64,000 nucleotides of DNA, from contig JBJOKS010000005.1 of the NCBI GenBank assembly GCA_046045965.1, positions 1 to 64,000 on the forward strand, in the 5' to 3' direction. This DNA comes from Cyanobacteriota bacterium. GTDB taxonomy: Bacteria > Cyanobacteriota > Cyanobacteriia > Cyanobacteriales > Nostocaceae. A model generated the notes under the pieces. The model worked only from the letters and a program-made list of their open reading frames with translations. It did not search any database and was not told where the DNA came from. Within the stretch, counting starts at the first letter, position 1. Each line of letters starts with the position of its first letter. Shown here in pieces: positions 28,414-38,934 of the stretch. A program made the position numbers and the translations under genes.

Positions 28414-28892
28414 AGCTGAAAAAATGTATTTTTATTTGATTTTTTTGTGAAGTTGAGTTAAAGTGTTGATAAGGATATTTAAACCCCTAATTTGAAGTGC
28501 CAAATTTTTGAATAAATTTCACTCTATAAGTTTATTAAGACTCTTGTAAAGAGTGATTTTACTATTACTATTGTCAATAGGAAGTCTATCAGTTATGAAA
28601 TATTTATGTAAATTTACCTAAATAAATCAAATAACATCATATTTATTTCATCCAATTGACATGCATTGTATAAATATTCATCTCTCTTTTTGAATAGCTT
28701 CTAAGCAGATACCTAGTGTTTACTGTTCGCGTAGCGTGCCGTAGGCATAAAAGTCGGTTCGTGAGGGGCTAGGAGTCAGGAGTCAGGAGTCATAAGAAGT
28801 ATGGGTATGGGTGCGGGGTGCAGGGGAGAAGAGTTTTCCCCCTTACTTCCTGCTCCCTGCACCTTGTCCTCTTCACTGTCACCTGTTTTCTG

Positions 28893-30179
28893 TCACAATT
28901 TCTGACCTGCATAAATTGAGCGTACCTCACCATTACGGCGGATAATCGCCTCACCATTACTTACCTCAACTAAAGTCCAACCACTCGCACCAATATTCTC
29001 TCCCAGGTTAATCCGGCGAGTCACACCCTCAACTTTAAATAAAGCCGCAGATTTGTTACCTAACTCTAGCAATCCTTCTAACTCAGCCGAATAGGTAGGT
29101 AAAGACGCTTGCTGGGTAGGAGTTGGTATTAATTCTGGCTTCGGTAATGGTGCAGTTGCTGTAGCAGCTGGCAGTTTTGGTGGTGCTATTGTTGGTATCC
29201 CAGAAGCATCTGTCCGCTTCACAGCAGTTGGTGTTATTTTTTCTGGGATGGGCTTGGTTGCAGATTGCACATTTTTGGGGGAATCTTTCACAAACTCAGG
29301 TGGGGATACCTGCGCCGACATTGGCGAAACCTCTGGTAATGGGCGTATAGATGGAGGCGCTTGATAAACAGGGATATATATCCGCTCCACCACATTTGTA
29401 ACTTGACTGGGAGCAGGTGGGGCATTGTTAGCCGCCACTGGTGGGGATAGAGTGCCAACAGGTGGGTGACTAGGCAAAGCCAAAGAGTTTGTTTGATTCA
29501 GATTGACATCACGGAATCCCGATTTACCAGGCGTTTGATCATTGCTGCGTCCTTGCTGGTCTATCACTGACAAGGCTTCCAGCATATAATTAACCAACTC
29601 TGTCTGCGGATCTGGTTGTACCAGTACAGGTGGTGGCGGCTGATCTGTTGGTAGTGTCTGCGGAGTGAATTTGGCAGTGATATGAGTGAATAATCCCGGT
29701 TCTGCTAGGTAAATTGTTCCAACCATGGCCACGCTTAAGGTTGAACCTAGCATTAACAGGTTGCCCAAACCAACGCTGTTTTTTTGCTTCCTTTTCCTAA
29801 TTGCAGTCACAGAGGGAGGATTGAATACCAGTGTACTCGGTTGCTGCTTTTGGATTGGTGAAATCGCCTTGGCTGCTCTGTGTACTGTCTGTGGCAAAAC
29901 AACTTCTTGCATCTTCACCGCCACTGCTTGCATAGGTACATATTCTGTCCTGATAGTTTTGGCAGGGCGCTTTCTACCACCATCCAGAATGTTGTCGATA
30001 TCGGTGAAGAGATCATCTATCAAGCCTTCAGCGTAAGTCTCTATCGACAAGGCTTCGTTAGGGATGAAGTCCTCTATTGCTTCGGAAATAATTAGATGGG
30101 TGCTGGCTTCTGTTATCATAGACATCTTCTTTGTGGCTGCTAGGACGGGGAAAGGACACCCCTGTTGCTGGGAAATCAA
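28893..30179 (-). CDS. Pro-rich single-TM protein with C-terminal PilP/GspC-like beta domain (start uncertain)
   Basis: TM helix, long Pro-rich linker, LEGLLELGNKSAALF..GWTLVEVSNGEAIIRRNGE. Confidence 0.6.
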   Translation of the reverse strand: MISQQQGCPFPVLAATKKMSMITEASTHLIISEAIEDFIPNEALSIETYAEGLIDDLFTDIDNILDGGRKRPAKTIRTEYVPMQAVAVKMQEVVLPQTVHRAAKAISPIQKQQPSTLVFNPPSVTAIRKRKQKNSVGLGNLLMLGSTLSVAMVGTIYLAEPGLFTHITAKFTPQTLPTDQPPPPVLVQPDPQTELVNYMLEALSVIDQQGRSNDQTPGKSGFRDVNLNQTNSLALPSHPPVGTLSPPVAANNAPPAPSQVTNVVERIYIPVYQAPPSIRPLPEVSPMSAQVSPPEFVKDSPKNVQSATKPIPEKITPTAVKRTDASGIPTIAPPKLPAATATAPLPKPELIPTPTQQASLPTYSAELEGLLELGNKSAALFKVEGVTRRINLGENIGASGWTLVEVSNGEAIIRRNGEVRSIYAGQKL

Positions 30180-30332
30180 GTTTTTTAATCACACAGCTAA
30201 TCACTTATCTCCAAGGAGATTGATTTGCCAATAGTATTAAATTCTACTCTGGTTTAGAAATGATTGATGTGATCACTTCAAAAATCTATGTGATCCATCA
30301 TACTGATCCCCCAATTTATACTATACTCATGC

Positions 30333-32270
30333 TCAATGAGTTTTTGTGTCTGCCAACAGCGAAAACTCTTTCTGCTCCTTAGTTTTACGGATTTCTAAAT
30401 AAATTAACAAGGCATTGATATCCGCAGGATTAACTCCCCCAATCCTTGCTGCTTGTCCAATTGTTAAGGGTCTTACTTTCCCTAGCTTTTCTCTGGCTTC
30501 TTTGGAAAGGGTATCAATTGCAGCATAATCTAAATCTGCTGACAAGGGACGATTTGCTTGACGAGCAATTTGCTCAATTTGGTTTTGCTGTCTTGCTAGA
30601 TAGCCAGAATATTTGATGTCTATTTCAGCCCCTTCTTTTTCCGCTTGGTTAAGACTGCTATTACCTAATCCGTATTTATCTAAATCAACATAGTGTATTC
30701 CTGGACGACGTAACCAGTCAGCGAGGGTTATTGAACCTTTGATTGCTTGTTGGGTATCTTGAGCGATCGCTTTCCCTATTTCCTCATGTTCTTTAATTCT
30801 CGTCGAATGCAGTCTTTCTTTTTCGGCTATAATTTGCTCTTGTTTGCTTGTAAATAAATCCCAGCGTCTATCATCAATTAAACCAATTTCCCGCCCTAAC
30901 GGTGTCATCCGTTGATCGGCATTATCAGAACGCAATAACAAACGATACTCTGATCTACTCGTAAGCATACGGTAAGGTTCACGCAAATCCTTGGTACACA
31001 GGTCATCAACTAAAGTCCCGATGTAACTTTGCTCACGGGGGAAAATAATCATTTCCTGACCCTGGACAAACCGCGCTGCATTCACACCTGCTACTAAACC
31101 TTGTGCTGCTGCTTCTTCATAACCGGTGGTTCCGTTAATTTGTCCCGCACAGAATAACCCGGTTATTTTCTTCGTCATCAACGAGGGATAACACTGGGTT
31201 GCGGGTAAATAATCGTACTCTACCGCATAGGCAGGACGCAACATAAAACAGTTTTCCAAACCGGGAAGACTACGCAACATCAGCAATTGCAGATTTTCGG
31301 GTAAACCAGTGGAAAATCCTTGAATGTATAATTCTGGTATATCTCGTCCTTCTGGTTCAATGAAGATTTGATGACTTTCCTTATCTGCAAAGCGGACTAT
31401 TTTATCTTCAATACTCGGACAATAACGGGGACCTTTAGCATCAACCCAACCACCATAAACCGGGGATAGGTGCAAGTTTTCTTGTATTAATCTGTGGGTT
31501 TCTTTAGTAGTTCTGGTCATGTGACAGGGAATTTGTTCCCGTTCTACCCACGCTTGGGGGTCAAAACTAAACCAGCGTACTTCCTCATCTCCTGGTTGCA
31601 GTTCCATTTTACTGTAATCAACAGACCGCTTATCAACTCTTGCAGGTGTACCGGTTTTTAATCTTCCGGTTTCAAAACCCAAGCGGTTGAGGGTTTCCGT
31701 TAAACCCACGGCCGCAAACTCACCCGCACGGCCAGCTTCCATAGACTTGTTACCTACCCAAATTCTCCCACCTAAAAACGTACCAGTGGTTAAAATTACG
31801 GCTTTACATTCAAAAGCGACACCAAAGTAAGTTTCAACGCCTATAATTTCATCATTTTTACCTAAAACTAAATCTGTCACCATGCCTTCACGAATTGTCA
31901 AATTTTCTTGATTTTCGACAATTCCTTTCATGACTGCTGCATATTCGCGCTTATCAGTTTGCGCCCGTAATGCCCAAACTGCTGGACCCCGTGAAGAGTT
32001 GAGGATGCGTTTTTGTAAATAGGTGCGATCTGCCATTTTCCCTATTTCCCCACCTAAAGCGTCTACTTCGTGGGTAAGTTGGGACTTAGCTGGTCCACCG
32101 ACTGCTGGGTTACAAGGTTGCCAAGCAATTTTATCTAAGTTAAGGGTTAACAGCAGAGTGCGACAACCGAGGCGGGCGGTAGCTAAAGCTGCTTCACAAC
32201 CGGAGTGACCTGCACCGACTACAATCACATCATAAGCGTCTTGGAATTGAACAGCATTTTGCATGGTCAT
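30333..32270 (-). CDS. mnmG: tRNA uridine 5-carboxymethylaminomethyl modification enzyme MnmG (GidA)
   Basis: [51 protein letters not shown]. Confidence 0.97.
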   Translation of the reverse strand: MTMQNAVQFQDAYDVIVVGAGHSGCEAALATARLGCRTLLLTLNLDKIAWQPCNPAVGGPAKSQLTHEVDALGGEIGKMADRTYLQKRILNSSRGPAVWALRAQTDKREYAAVMKGIVENQENLTIREGMVTDLVLGKNDEIIGVETYFGVAFECKAVILTTGTFLGGRIWVGNKSMEAGRAGEFAAVGLTETLNRLGFETGRLKTGTPARVDKRSVDYSKMELQPGDEEVRWFSFDPQAWVEREQIPCHMTRTTKETHRLIQENLHLSPVYGGWVDAKGPRYCPSIEDKIVRFADKESHQIFIEPEGRDIPELYIQGFSTGLPENLQLLMLRSLPGLENCFMLRPAYAVEYDYLPATQCYPSLMTKKITGLFCAGQINGTTGYEEAAAQGLVAGVNAARFVQGQEMIIFPREQSYIGTLVDDLCTKDLREPYRMLTSRSEYRLLLRSDNADQRMTPLGREIGLIDDRRWDLFTSKQEQIIAEKERLHSTRIKEHEEIGKAIAQDTQQAIKGSITLADWLRRPGIHYVDLDKYGLGNSSLNQAEKEGAEIDIKYSGYLARQQNQIEQIARQANRPLSADLDYAAIDTLSKEAREKLGKVRPLTIGQAARIGGVNPADINALLIYLEIRKTKEQKEFSLLADTKTH

Positions 32271-32345
32271 GAGGAGTTAGGAATTAAAAGTTAAAAGTTA
32301 AAAAGGTCGTTACTGTTAGGTATTTTAGCGTATGTTTTGGTTAAT

Positions 32346-32386
32346 TGTCAGAATCAGGATGTCCAGGATTAAAGGATTTACAGGAT
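32346..32386 (+). repeat. 41-bp direct repeat, left copy
   Basis: TGTCAGAATCAGGATGTCCAGGATTAAAGGATTTACAGGAT; 2 mismatches to 33309-33349. Confidence 0.9.
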
Positions 32387-32507
32387 ATTTATCTAATCCC
32401 TTTCTACTCCAAAATTTCTGATCTTTTTTCTCTGTGTTCTCTGCGTCCTCTGCGGTTCGTTATTCCAAAAATCAAACAAAAAATTAAAAATATTTACAAT
32501 GGTGAGA

Positions 32508-32831
32508 TTAGGATATCTGAATTGGTGACATTTTAATCTCTATTTTTTGGTTTAACGCTGCGGCAATTCTAGCTAACATAGACAAAGAATGTCCTTCATA
32601 GTCAGCATCTTCTAATCTAGCAATAACCGATTGAGTAGTACCCACTAAATCTGCTAGTTGTTGCTGGGTTAACCCTGCTTGTTTACGTGCATCATAGATG
32701 ATTTGAGATACTTGAGCATTTAAAGATGATTCTCTCACCATTTCTTGTAATTCTGGATCTGCTTTCATCATTTTATTAATGATTTTCAGTGCATCATTTG
32801 TTTTCTTCATCTGTTTCTTCCTCTGGTTCAA
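32508..32831 (-). CDS. XRE/HTH antitoxin (HigA-like); true start probably the second Met
   Basis: ARKQAGLTQQQLADLVGTTQSVIARLE. Confidence 0.85.
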   Translation of the reverse strand: MNQRKKQMKKTNDALKIINKMMKADPELQEMVRESSLNAQVSQIIYDARKQAGLTQQQLADLVGTTQSVIARLEDADYEGHSLSMLARIAAALNQKIEIKMSPIQIS

Positions 32832-33201
32832 GATAAGTATGTATTTCTGAATTAAGGATAAATAAATTTTTGTATTTTAATGCTAAGTCAATATCTTGAT
32901 CGGGGACTTCATTATTTTCTTTAATAATTGCATGAGCTAAAATTATCACATTTTGACCGTGGAAAAAGTATAAAATTCTATATTGTACTTTTAGGTGCTT
33001 TGCTCGAAGTTCATAAATACCATCACGGAGAAAATCTGCTGCTGGTCTTCTCAGTTCAAAACCATATTCGGCCAACTGTTGAATCCTAGCAATGCAGTTA
33101 GCATATCCTTTTTTATCTTGTTTGAGTAATTTTTTTAGCCATTTTAAAACGGGAACTTCTCCTTTATCGTCTTGAAAGAAAATAATCCGTGTTTCTGGCA
33201 T
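32794..33201 (-). CDS. RelE/ParE-superfamily toxin (HigB/Gp49-like)
   Basis: LRDGIYELR..YRILYFF..ILAHAIIK; toxin-first gene order. Confidence 0.85.
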   Translation of the reverse strand: MPETRIIFFQDDKGEVPVLKWLKKLLKQDKKGYANCIARIQQLAEYGFELRRPAADFLRDGIYELRAKHLKVQYRILYFFHGQNVIILAHAIIKENNEVPDQDIDLALKYKNLFILNSEIHTYLEPEEETDEENK

Positions 33202-33230
33202 TGTTTGGGATAGATTTACACATACGATTA

Positions 33231-33253
33231 ATTATATCGCAAAAATGCGATAT
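33231..33253 (-). promoter_or_regulatory. TA operator palindrome overlapping a -10 box
   Basis: ATATCGCA-AAAA-TGCGATAT (33234-33253); TATAAT on the minus strand at 33231-33236. Confidence 0.7.
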
Positions 33254-33308
33254 TGTATAGTAACATAAGTCAGATATCCTTAAATTTTTTGGTCATCAAG
33301 CAATTAAC

Positions 33309-33349
33309 TGTCAGAATCAGGATATCCAGGATTTAAGGATTTACAGGAT
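33309..33349 (+). repeat. 41-bp direct repeat, right copy
   Basis: TGTCAGAATCAGGATATCCAGGATTTAAGGATTTACAGGAT. Confidence 0.9.
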
Positions 33350-33422
33350 GTAGTTCTGGAATGTTAATATAGAATCCGATAACATTAGATAATATCTTTT
33401 GTATGTACAATCAACTGAAATT

Positions 33423-34670
33423 ATGAAAATTAATCAATTTAGCTACTATGACTCTAATCAAAAATGGCAGTTTGAAAATATCAATTTTTCTGACTTCAAT
33501 CTTTTAGTAGGTGTTTCCGGTGTTGGTAAATCTAAAATTATTAATGCTATTGTAAATTTACAGCTTATAGCTAAGGGCATTTCTATTAATGGAGTGAAAT
33601 GGGATTTAAAATTTACATTAGATGGTAACAGTTTTTGCTGGCAAGGAGAATTTGAAAATATTCAAACAATAGATATTTTATCACCTGGTAAAATTGGGTT
33701 TAAAATAATTAGTGAATACCTTTATAAAGAAGATGTAGCAATTATAGAAAGAAATAAAGATGGAATTATGTTTAATGGTAATTTAATTCCAAAATTTTCA
33801 CCTCTTCAAAGTGTAATTAGTATTTTATATACAGAAGAAGCAATATCACCTTTTTATAAAGGTATGTTGCAAATATCTAAACATGATTCAGCAGGTATAC
33901 TACAAATATTTAAACATAATTCAGAAGGCGATTTTTTGGCATCTAAGAATTTGTATAATTCCATTATTACTGGAATTATTAAATTAACGAATCAACAAGT
34001 AAATGATAAACGCAACGAAGAAGATTTTAACATTTTGCTTAACCTTATAGGTACAAATATTATTCCAATTGGTTACAAAATAATTTTCGTTTATGATAAA
34101 TACCCAAAATTGTTCCAAACAATCAAAGAATCTTTTATAAAGATATTTGAACAAGTAGAAGATATCAGAATAGAAGAAAGTAACTATAATTTAATTAATA
34201 CAGCAGCTTACAATTTAGTTGATAGCGCAATCTTAGAAAAAGATAATAACCTAAATCTTGAACAAGAAACATTTATAATTAGCATAAAAGAAAAAGGTAT
34301 TGATGAATGGATAAAACAAAGTGAAATATCATCAGGAATGCTAAAAACATTTATGTTAATTAGTGAACTTTATTTATCTGCTGAAGGAACAGTAATTTTA
34401 ATTGATGAATTTGAAAATAGCTTAGGTGTCAACTGTATTGACATTATCAGTGATTTACTTTTAGAAAATAGAAATTTGCAATTTATCATTACCAGTCACC
34501 ATCCCTACATTATCAATAATATTGGGATGGAACATTGGAAAATAATCACCCGCAAAGGTGGGGTAGTAACTGCTAGAGATGCTAAAGATTTAAACTTAGG
34601 AAAATCACGACATCAAGCATTTATGCAATTAATGAATCTTGAGGAATATAGAGAAGGAATTACAGCATAA
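33423..34670 (+). CDS. Soluble ABC-type (AAA_21-like) ATPase; likely start ATG 33423
   Basis: Walker A GVSGVGKS, signature ISSGM, Walker B ILIDEFEN, H-loop TSHHP; no TM segments. Confidence 0.85.
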   Translation: MKINQFSYYDSNQKWQFENINFSDFNLLVGVSGVGKSKIINAIVNLQLIAKGISINGVKWDLKFTLDGNSFCWQGEFENIQTIDILSPGKIGFKIISEYLYKEDVAIIERNKDGIMFNGNLIPKFSPLQSVISILYTEEAISPFYKGMLQISKHDSAGILQIFKHNSEGDFLASKNLYNSIITGIIKLTNQQVNDKRNEEDFNILLNLIGTNIIPIGYKIIFVYDKYPKLFQTIKESFIKIFEQVEDIRIEESNYNLINTAAYNLVDSAILEKDNNLNLEQETFIISIKEKGIDEWIKQSEISSGMLKTFMLISELYLSAEGTVILIDEFENSLGVNCIDIISDLLLENRNLQFIITSHHPYIINNIGMEHWKIITRKGGVVTARDAKDLNLGKSRHQAFMQLMNLEEYREGITA

Positions 34671-35359
34671 TGAACCTTTATTTTCTTGTAGAAGGTAAAA
34701 GAACAGAAAACAAAGTTTATCCAGCTTGGTTAAAACATCTTTTACCAGAACTACAACAAGTTAAAAATTTCGATGAAGTAGATAAGAATAATTTTTATTT
34801 GTTCAGTGCTAATGGTTATCCTTCCATAATTTATGATCATCTTCCTAACGCTATTTTAGATATTCAAGAAAATGGTAAATATAACTATCTTGTGCTTTGT
34901 TTAGATGCTGAAGAAAATGCAGTTAGTGAAATTAAACAAGAAATTTACGATTTTCTGGCAACTGAAAAACCAGAAATGGGTAATATTGAACTGGTACTAA
35001 TTATCCAAAATCGTTGTTTAGAAACTTGGTTTTTAGGAAATCGTAAAATATACACTAGAAACCCGCAAGATAACCTATTATTAGAATACACTCGTTATTA
35101 TGATGTTTCTATAGATTGTCCTGAATTGATGGGACAATATCAAAGTTTTAACACTCATGCTCAATTTCATGAAGCTTATGTAAAAGAATTATTTAGAGCT
35201 AAAAATATTAATTATTCTAAAAGAAATCCTGGTGATGTCGTTAAGCAATTTTACTTACAACAACTCATAGAAAGGATAGAATCAGAAAATACACATCTTC
35301 CCACTTTTCAAACATTTCTAGAATTTTGTTATATGATTAAATCGCAGTTATTCCCATAA
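34670..35359 (+). CDS. TOPRIM-like (DUF4276/RloB-like) partner protein
   Basis: FLVEG, LCLDAE, CLETWFLG; TAATG stop/start overlap with the ATPase. Confidence 0.65.
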   Translation: MNLYFLVEGKRTENKVYPAWLKHLLPELQQVKNFDEVDKNNFYLFSANGYPSIIYDHLPNAILDIQENGKYNYLVLCLDAEENAVSEIKQEIYDFLATEKPEMGNIELVLIIQNRCLETWFLGNRKIYTRNPQDNLLLEYTRYYDVSIDCPELMGQYQSFNTHAQFHEAYVKELFRAKNINYSKRNPGDVVKQFYLQQLIERIESENTHLPTFQTFLEFCYMIKSQLFP

Positions 35360-35370
35360 TTAATTTTCCC

Positions 35371-36192
35371 ATGAAACGTCAATCTAAACTCAAACGCCGC
35401 ATCAGAAAACTAACATTTATTTCTATCATTATCTTCCTATTTTTTACCATAGTTGGCAGCAGTAGTATTAATCACTATCAGCCAATTCAACATACTGTAA
35501 TGAGAAATAACATCAATACACCATCTACTATACCTTTTATTCCTGATCAACAATTAGATGATCAACAACGGTTTTTAGCTACAATAACTCATCAAATACC
35601 AAATACTCCCCAACCTAACACCTATGAATATATTTTACTTCGTGCCTATGGTACGGTATTTATTAATCAAAACCCAGAAGTTAAATTACCACCAAAAGTT
35701 ATTTTAGACAACGAAGACGAAACCATAAACTTTCAGGATAATTTACAATTAACCTTAGTGGAAGGTACACAAGAATGTTATTTACAAAAAGCCGCCGCAG
35801 ATGCGTTTAACCAAGCCAGAAGTATATTAGATATACCTTTAAAATCTGGTTACTCTGGTGATTGTACACGCAGTTTTGCTACTAATTTAAGGTTTTGGCG
35901 AAAATACACTAATAATCAAACTTTAGAACGAGTAAAACAAGGAATAGAAACTACAATTCTTGGTGTAGTTGCACCCCCAGGAACTTCACAACATCTGTGG
36001 GGTTTAGCACTTGATTTAAGTGTATCAAATTCTGCCCAAAGGGAAGCATTAAACCAAAATGGTTGGTTTCAAACAGTAGAAAATGATGTTCCTCATTGGA
36101 CTTATCTCGGTTGGGATGAAGAGAGTTTACCGAAATTTGGTTTACAGGCGAAAATAGCAAGAGGTATCACTTATTGGTTGACACCAATTTAA
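35371..36192 (+). CDS. D-alanyl-D-alanine carboxypeptidase family (VanY/M15B)
   Basis: N-terminal TM; VAPPGTSQHLWGLALD; PHW. Confidence 0.8.
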   Translation: MKRQSKLKRRIRKLTFISIIIFLFFTIVGSSSINHYQPIQHTVMRNNINTPSTIPFIPDQQLDDQQRFLATITHQIPNTPQPNTYEYILLRAYGTVFINQNPEVKLPPKVILDNEDETINFQDNLQLTLVEGTQECYLQKAAADAFNQARSILDIPLKSGYSGDCTRSFATNLRFWRKYTNNQTLERVKQGIETTILGVVAPPGTSQHLWGLALDLSVSNSAQREALNQNGWFQTVENDVPHWTYLGWDEESLPKFGLQAKIARGITYWLTPI

Positions 36193-36234
36193 GAAAAAAT
36201 TAAAGTTAAAAATAGAACATTTTTAGCAATTACA

Positions 36235-36426
36235 TTAAAGTTCTATATAGTAGAATTCTGTAGTTTTAGTAACTTCATCAAGTCCTTCTAAATAGTCTTT
36301 AATTACATATTTTATCTTATCTAATGCTTCCTGTTCTGTATCACCTACTGTCCAGCATCCAGGTAAAGCAGGACACCAAATAGCGTATACTTTATCTATT
36401 TTATTCAACTTAACTTGATAACGCAT
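36235..36426 (-). CDS. HicB-like small protein (no HicA partner)
   Basis: CPALPGCWTVGDTEQEALDKIK. Confidence 0.75.
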   Translation of the reverse strand: MRYQVKLNKIDKVYAIWCPALPGCWTVGDTEQEALDKIKYVIKDYLEGLDEVTKTTEFYYIEL

Positions 36427-36727
36427 ATCTCAATTATCGCTAGTAGATGTAATTCTATATTATTAATTAAGATTAAAAGGAATCCCTTGATACTGCACTA
36501 GATCAGAGTTTTGCTAAATCAAGGGAAAAATATAAAATTAATCGTTATCTATAGACTGATGATACAAATTTAATAATTAAAAATTTAAGGTGATTATGTT
36601 CATGTTTATAGTAAGAGGTTTAAAATAAAATTTTATCAATAATTAGTTCAGGAATTACGGAAGTGCCAATGTTGATAATAATTATTACAATAAAATAATC
36701 ACACCCCCTAAATTTGGAGTTATCACA

Positions 36728-37303
36728 GTGGGTTTATTTGATGACTTAAGTCGGTTTTTAGAAGATCGTTTAGAAGAATTCTTGCGAAAGAACCCCCACC
36801 TGGAGTTAGAGATGCTGTTAGAACAGCTACGGGAGCAGGAAGAAGATACACTAAAACTGATTGCAGATTTACAATTACAGGAAAAGCGATCGCAAGAGGA
36901 AATTCTCTCCACCGCGCAAGAAATACAACGTTGGCACATCCGTATTCAAAAAGCAAAAGCCGCAGGTAGAGAAGATTTAGCCGCACCAGCACAAGCACGA
37001 GAAGACGCACTTCTGAGAGAGGGAAATCAACAATGGGGACAAATGCAAGGCTTAAAAGAACGCATTACCCAATCCCAAGAACTACTAAGCAAAATTCAAC
37101 AGCGTCGTCAAGAAGTACAAGCTAAAGCAGTAGAAGCAGAAACAGCACGCGCAAAATCTCAAACTCAACAACGTTTAGAAACTAATACTTGGCAAACTCC
37201 AGCTAGTAGTTATTCTAGCAAATTTGACGACTTAGAAGAACAGTTTCGCCGTTGGGAAACTCAAGATGAGTTAGAACAAATGAAACGAAATATGGGTAAA
37301 TAA
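36728..37303 (+). CDS. PspA/Vipp1-like coiled-coil protein (TIGR04376-like)
   Basis: MGLFDDLSRFLE.., AKAAGREDLA, LEEQFRRWE..ELEQMK. Confidence 0.75.
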   Translation: MGLFDDLSRFLEDRLEEFLRKNPHLELEMLLEQLREQEEDTLKLIADLQLQEKRSQEEILSTAQEIQRWHIRIQKAKAAGREDLAAPAQAREDALLREGNQQWGQMQGLKERITQSQELLSKIQQRRQEVQAKAVEAETARAKSQTQQRLETNTWQTPASSYSSKFDDLEEQFRRWETQDELEQMKRNMGK

Positions 37304-37386
37304 TTTAGCTGACCATCATTGAATGTAACTATTGTGGGGTGGGTATCCTGCCCGCCCTTGATGTACTTTATTAAAAGTGCAACAGC

Positions 37387-38790
37387 TTATCTCACCCTAC
37401 GAATTGCACCTTGCCACCTCAGAGTTTGTTGTGTAGAGCGTCCACCTAAAGAACGTATTGCTACTAATTCAATCTCAACATTTGTACCAGAACTAAGGGC
37501 ATCACTAGGAATTTTCAACTTACCTAAATTCAGAGTAAAACGATTATAATCACGAGTCACCAATGTAGCAGGAATTTCTCCTTCATAAAAAGTTTGATAA
37601 TCAAAAGCACCAGAAAAGTTATCCCTTGCCCGGTATTTTACTTTAAACTGAGTATTGATTAAATCAGACTTTGCTGCTAAATCAACAATTTTCAAATTGA
37701 GGTTTTCTCCTGCACCAGAAAACTCGGAGACGGCTAACCGCGTCACCTCTTGTTTAGGAATTGCATAATTAACAGTAAACTCTGTCAATTTATCCTGAAT
37801 ATTAGAACTACCATCAACCCACATATCTTCAGGAAAGGCAATTTCTACTTGTTGATTATCATTTAAAGTGAGTGTGACATTTTGATTAGCAAAGTTAGCA
37901 ATAGGCTGTTTTTCTTGCCAAATTAATTTAAAAGTTCCTTCTAAACGCCGTTCAAATTCTCGATATTCATCAGCAATAACAGAACCAGCAGCTAATAAAT
38001 AAACTGCACCTTGACGCTGTAGCCATTTATTTTTAGAAAGGTTGAATTGTTGATTTCCTAGTTCAGAAATGGCTACTTTCCGAGACGGTGAATCATTTAC
38101 TAATGGTTCTTTGCTATTAATTATGCTTAAAGTTCCTAAACTTCCTCGTTTACCGTCTCGTCCATCACTCCCATCACTGCCATTTCTACCGTCATAACAT
38201 CTGTAAACTTTATTAGTACACTTATGATCAGGAGTACCAGGAGTTCCTTTGCAGGTTTTTACTTCCCAACTCCTGCGACGACAGTTACAACCCGCTGTTC
38301 CTTGACCACCACGGCCACCCCGTCCACCTTCTCCCCCAGTTGCACGGATGAAAATTTGCTTTAAATCTGCCAAATTGCTGTAATAAACTGTGAGGGAACC
38401 ACCATTTCCCCCATCTCCACCTCTCCCACCAGCACCACCATTACCACCGTCAGCAGCATGAATATCCCTGTTAGCTTTATCACTGTAGTCTCTACCACAT
38501 CTGGGACGATAACCGTTTTCTCCATCTTCCCCATCTTCACCATTTGTACCTGATAGGTCAAGATTTACTGGTGAACCAGCAGAAATAGTTTGGTTCTGTC
38601 CACTGCGTCCATCTCTTCCCCCACGGCCATTACTCCCTCTATCCCCATCTCGGTCGTAACGTTCAGCTATTTTAAAGTCTCCTTTACCAATTTCAGTTGA
38701 ACAAACATCAACAGCAGCAGCAGGTAAGAAACTATTAAATAAGCAAAAAGTCAGTAAAAGCGGTAGTTTTCTAGCAAAATCGTGAAGCAT
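37387..38790 (-). CDS. Secreted collagen-like (Gly-X-Y) protein
   Basis: Signal peptide; several GxxGxxG tracts interrupted by Cys-containing loops. Confidence 0.75.
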   Translation of the reverse strand: MLHDFARKLPLLLTFCLFNSFLPAAAVDVCSTEIGKGDFKIAERYDRDGDRGSNGRGGRDGRSGQNQTISAGSPVNLDLSGTNGEDGEDGENGYRPRCGRDYSDKANRDIHAADGGNGGAGGRGGDGGNGGSLTVYYSNLADLKQIFIRATGGEGGRGGRGGQGTAGCNCRRRSWEVKTCKGTPGTPDHKCTNKVYRCYDGRNGSDGSDGRDGKRGSLGTLSIINSKEPLVNDSPSRKVAISELGNQQFNLSKNKWLQRQGAVYLLAAGSVIADEYREFERRLEGTFKLIWQEKQPIANFANQNVTLTLNDNQQVEIAFPEDMWVDGSSNIQDKLTEFTVNYAIPKQEVTRLAVSEFSGAGENLNLKIVDLAAKSDLINTQFKVKYRARDNFSGAFDYQTFYEGEIPATLVTRDYNRFTLNLGKLKIPSDALSSGTNVEIELVAIRSLGGRSTQQTLRWQGAIRRVR

Positions 38791-38875
38791 AGAAATTAAA
38801 CCCCTATCTAGAATTAATATACAATTACTGACGCTGATTTTCGCTCATTTGCTCCCTAAATCTACTGAAATAAAC

Positions 38876-38907
38876 AAAAAAAGTGGCTCTGTACACAACA
38901 GAACCAC
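38876..38907 (-). terminator. Intrinsic terminator of acsF
   Basis: Minus strand GTGGTTCTGT-TGTGT-ACAGAGCCAC followed by T7. Confidence 0.7.
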
Positions 38908-38934
38908 CAAGATTTTTACAAAATTTAGATGAAA

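Noticed and set aside
36235..36426. Third complete toxin-antitoxin system
   Set aside because: No HicA-like ORF beside the HicB-like gene; solo copies are common in cyanobacteria
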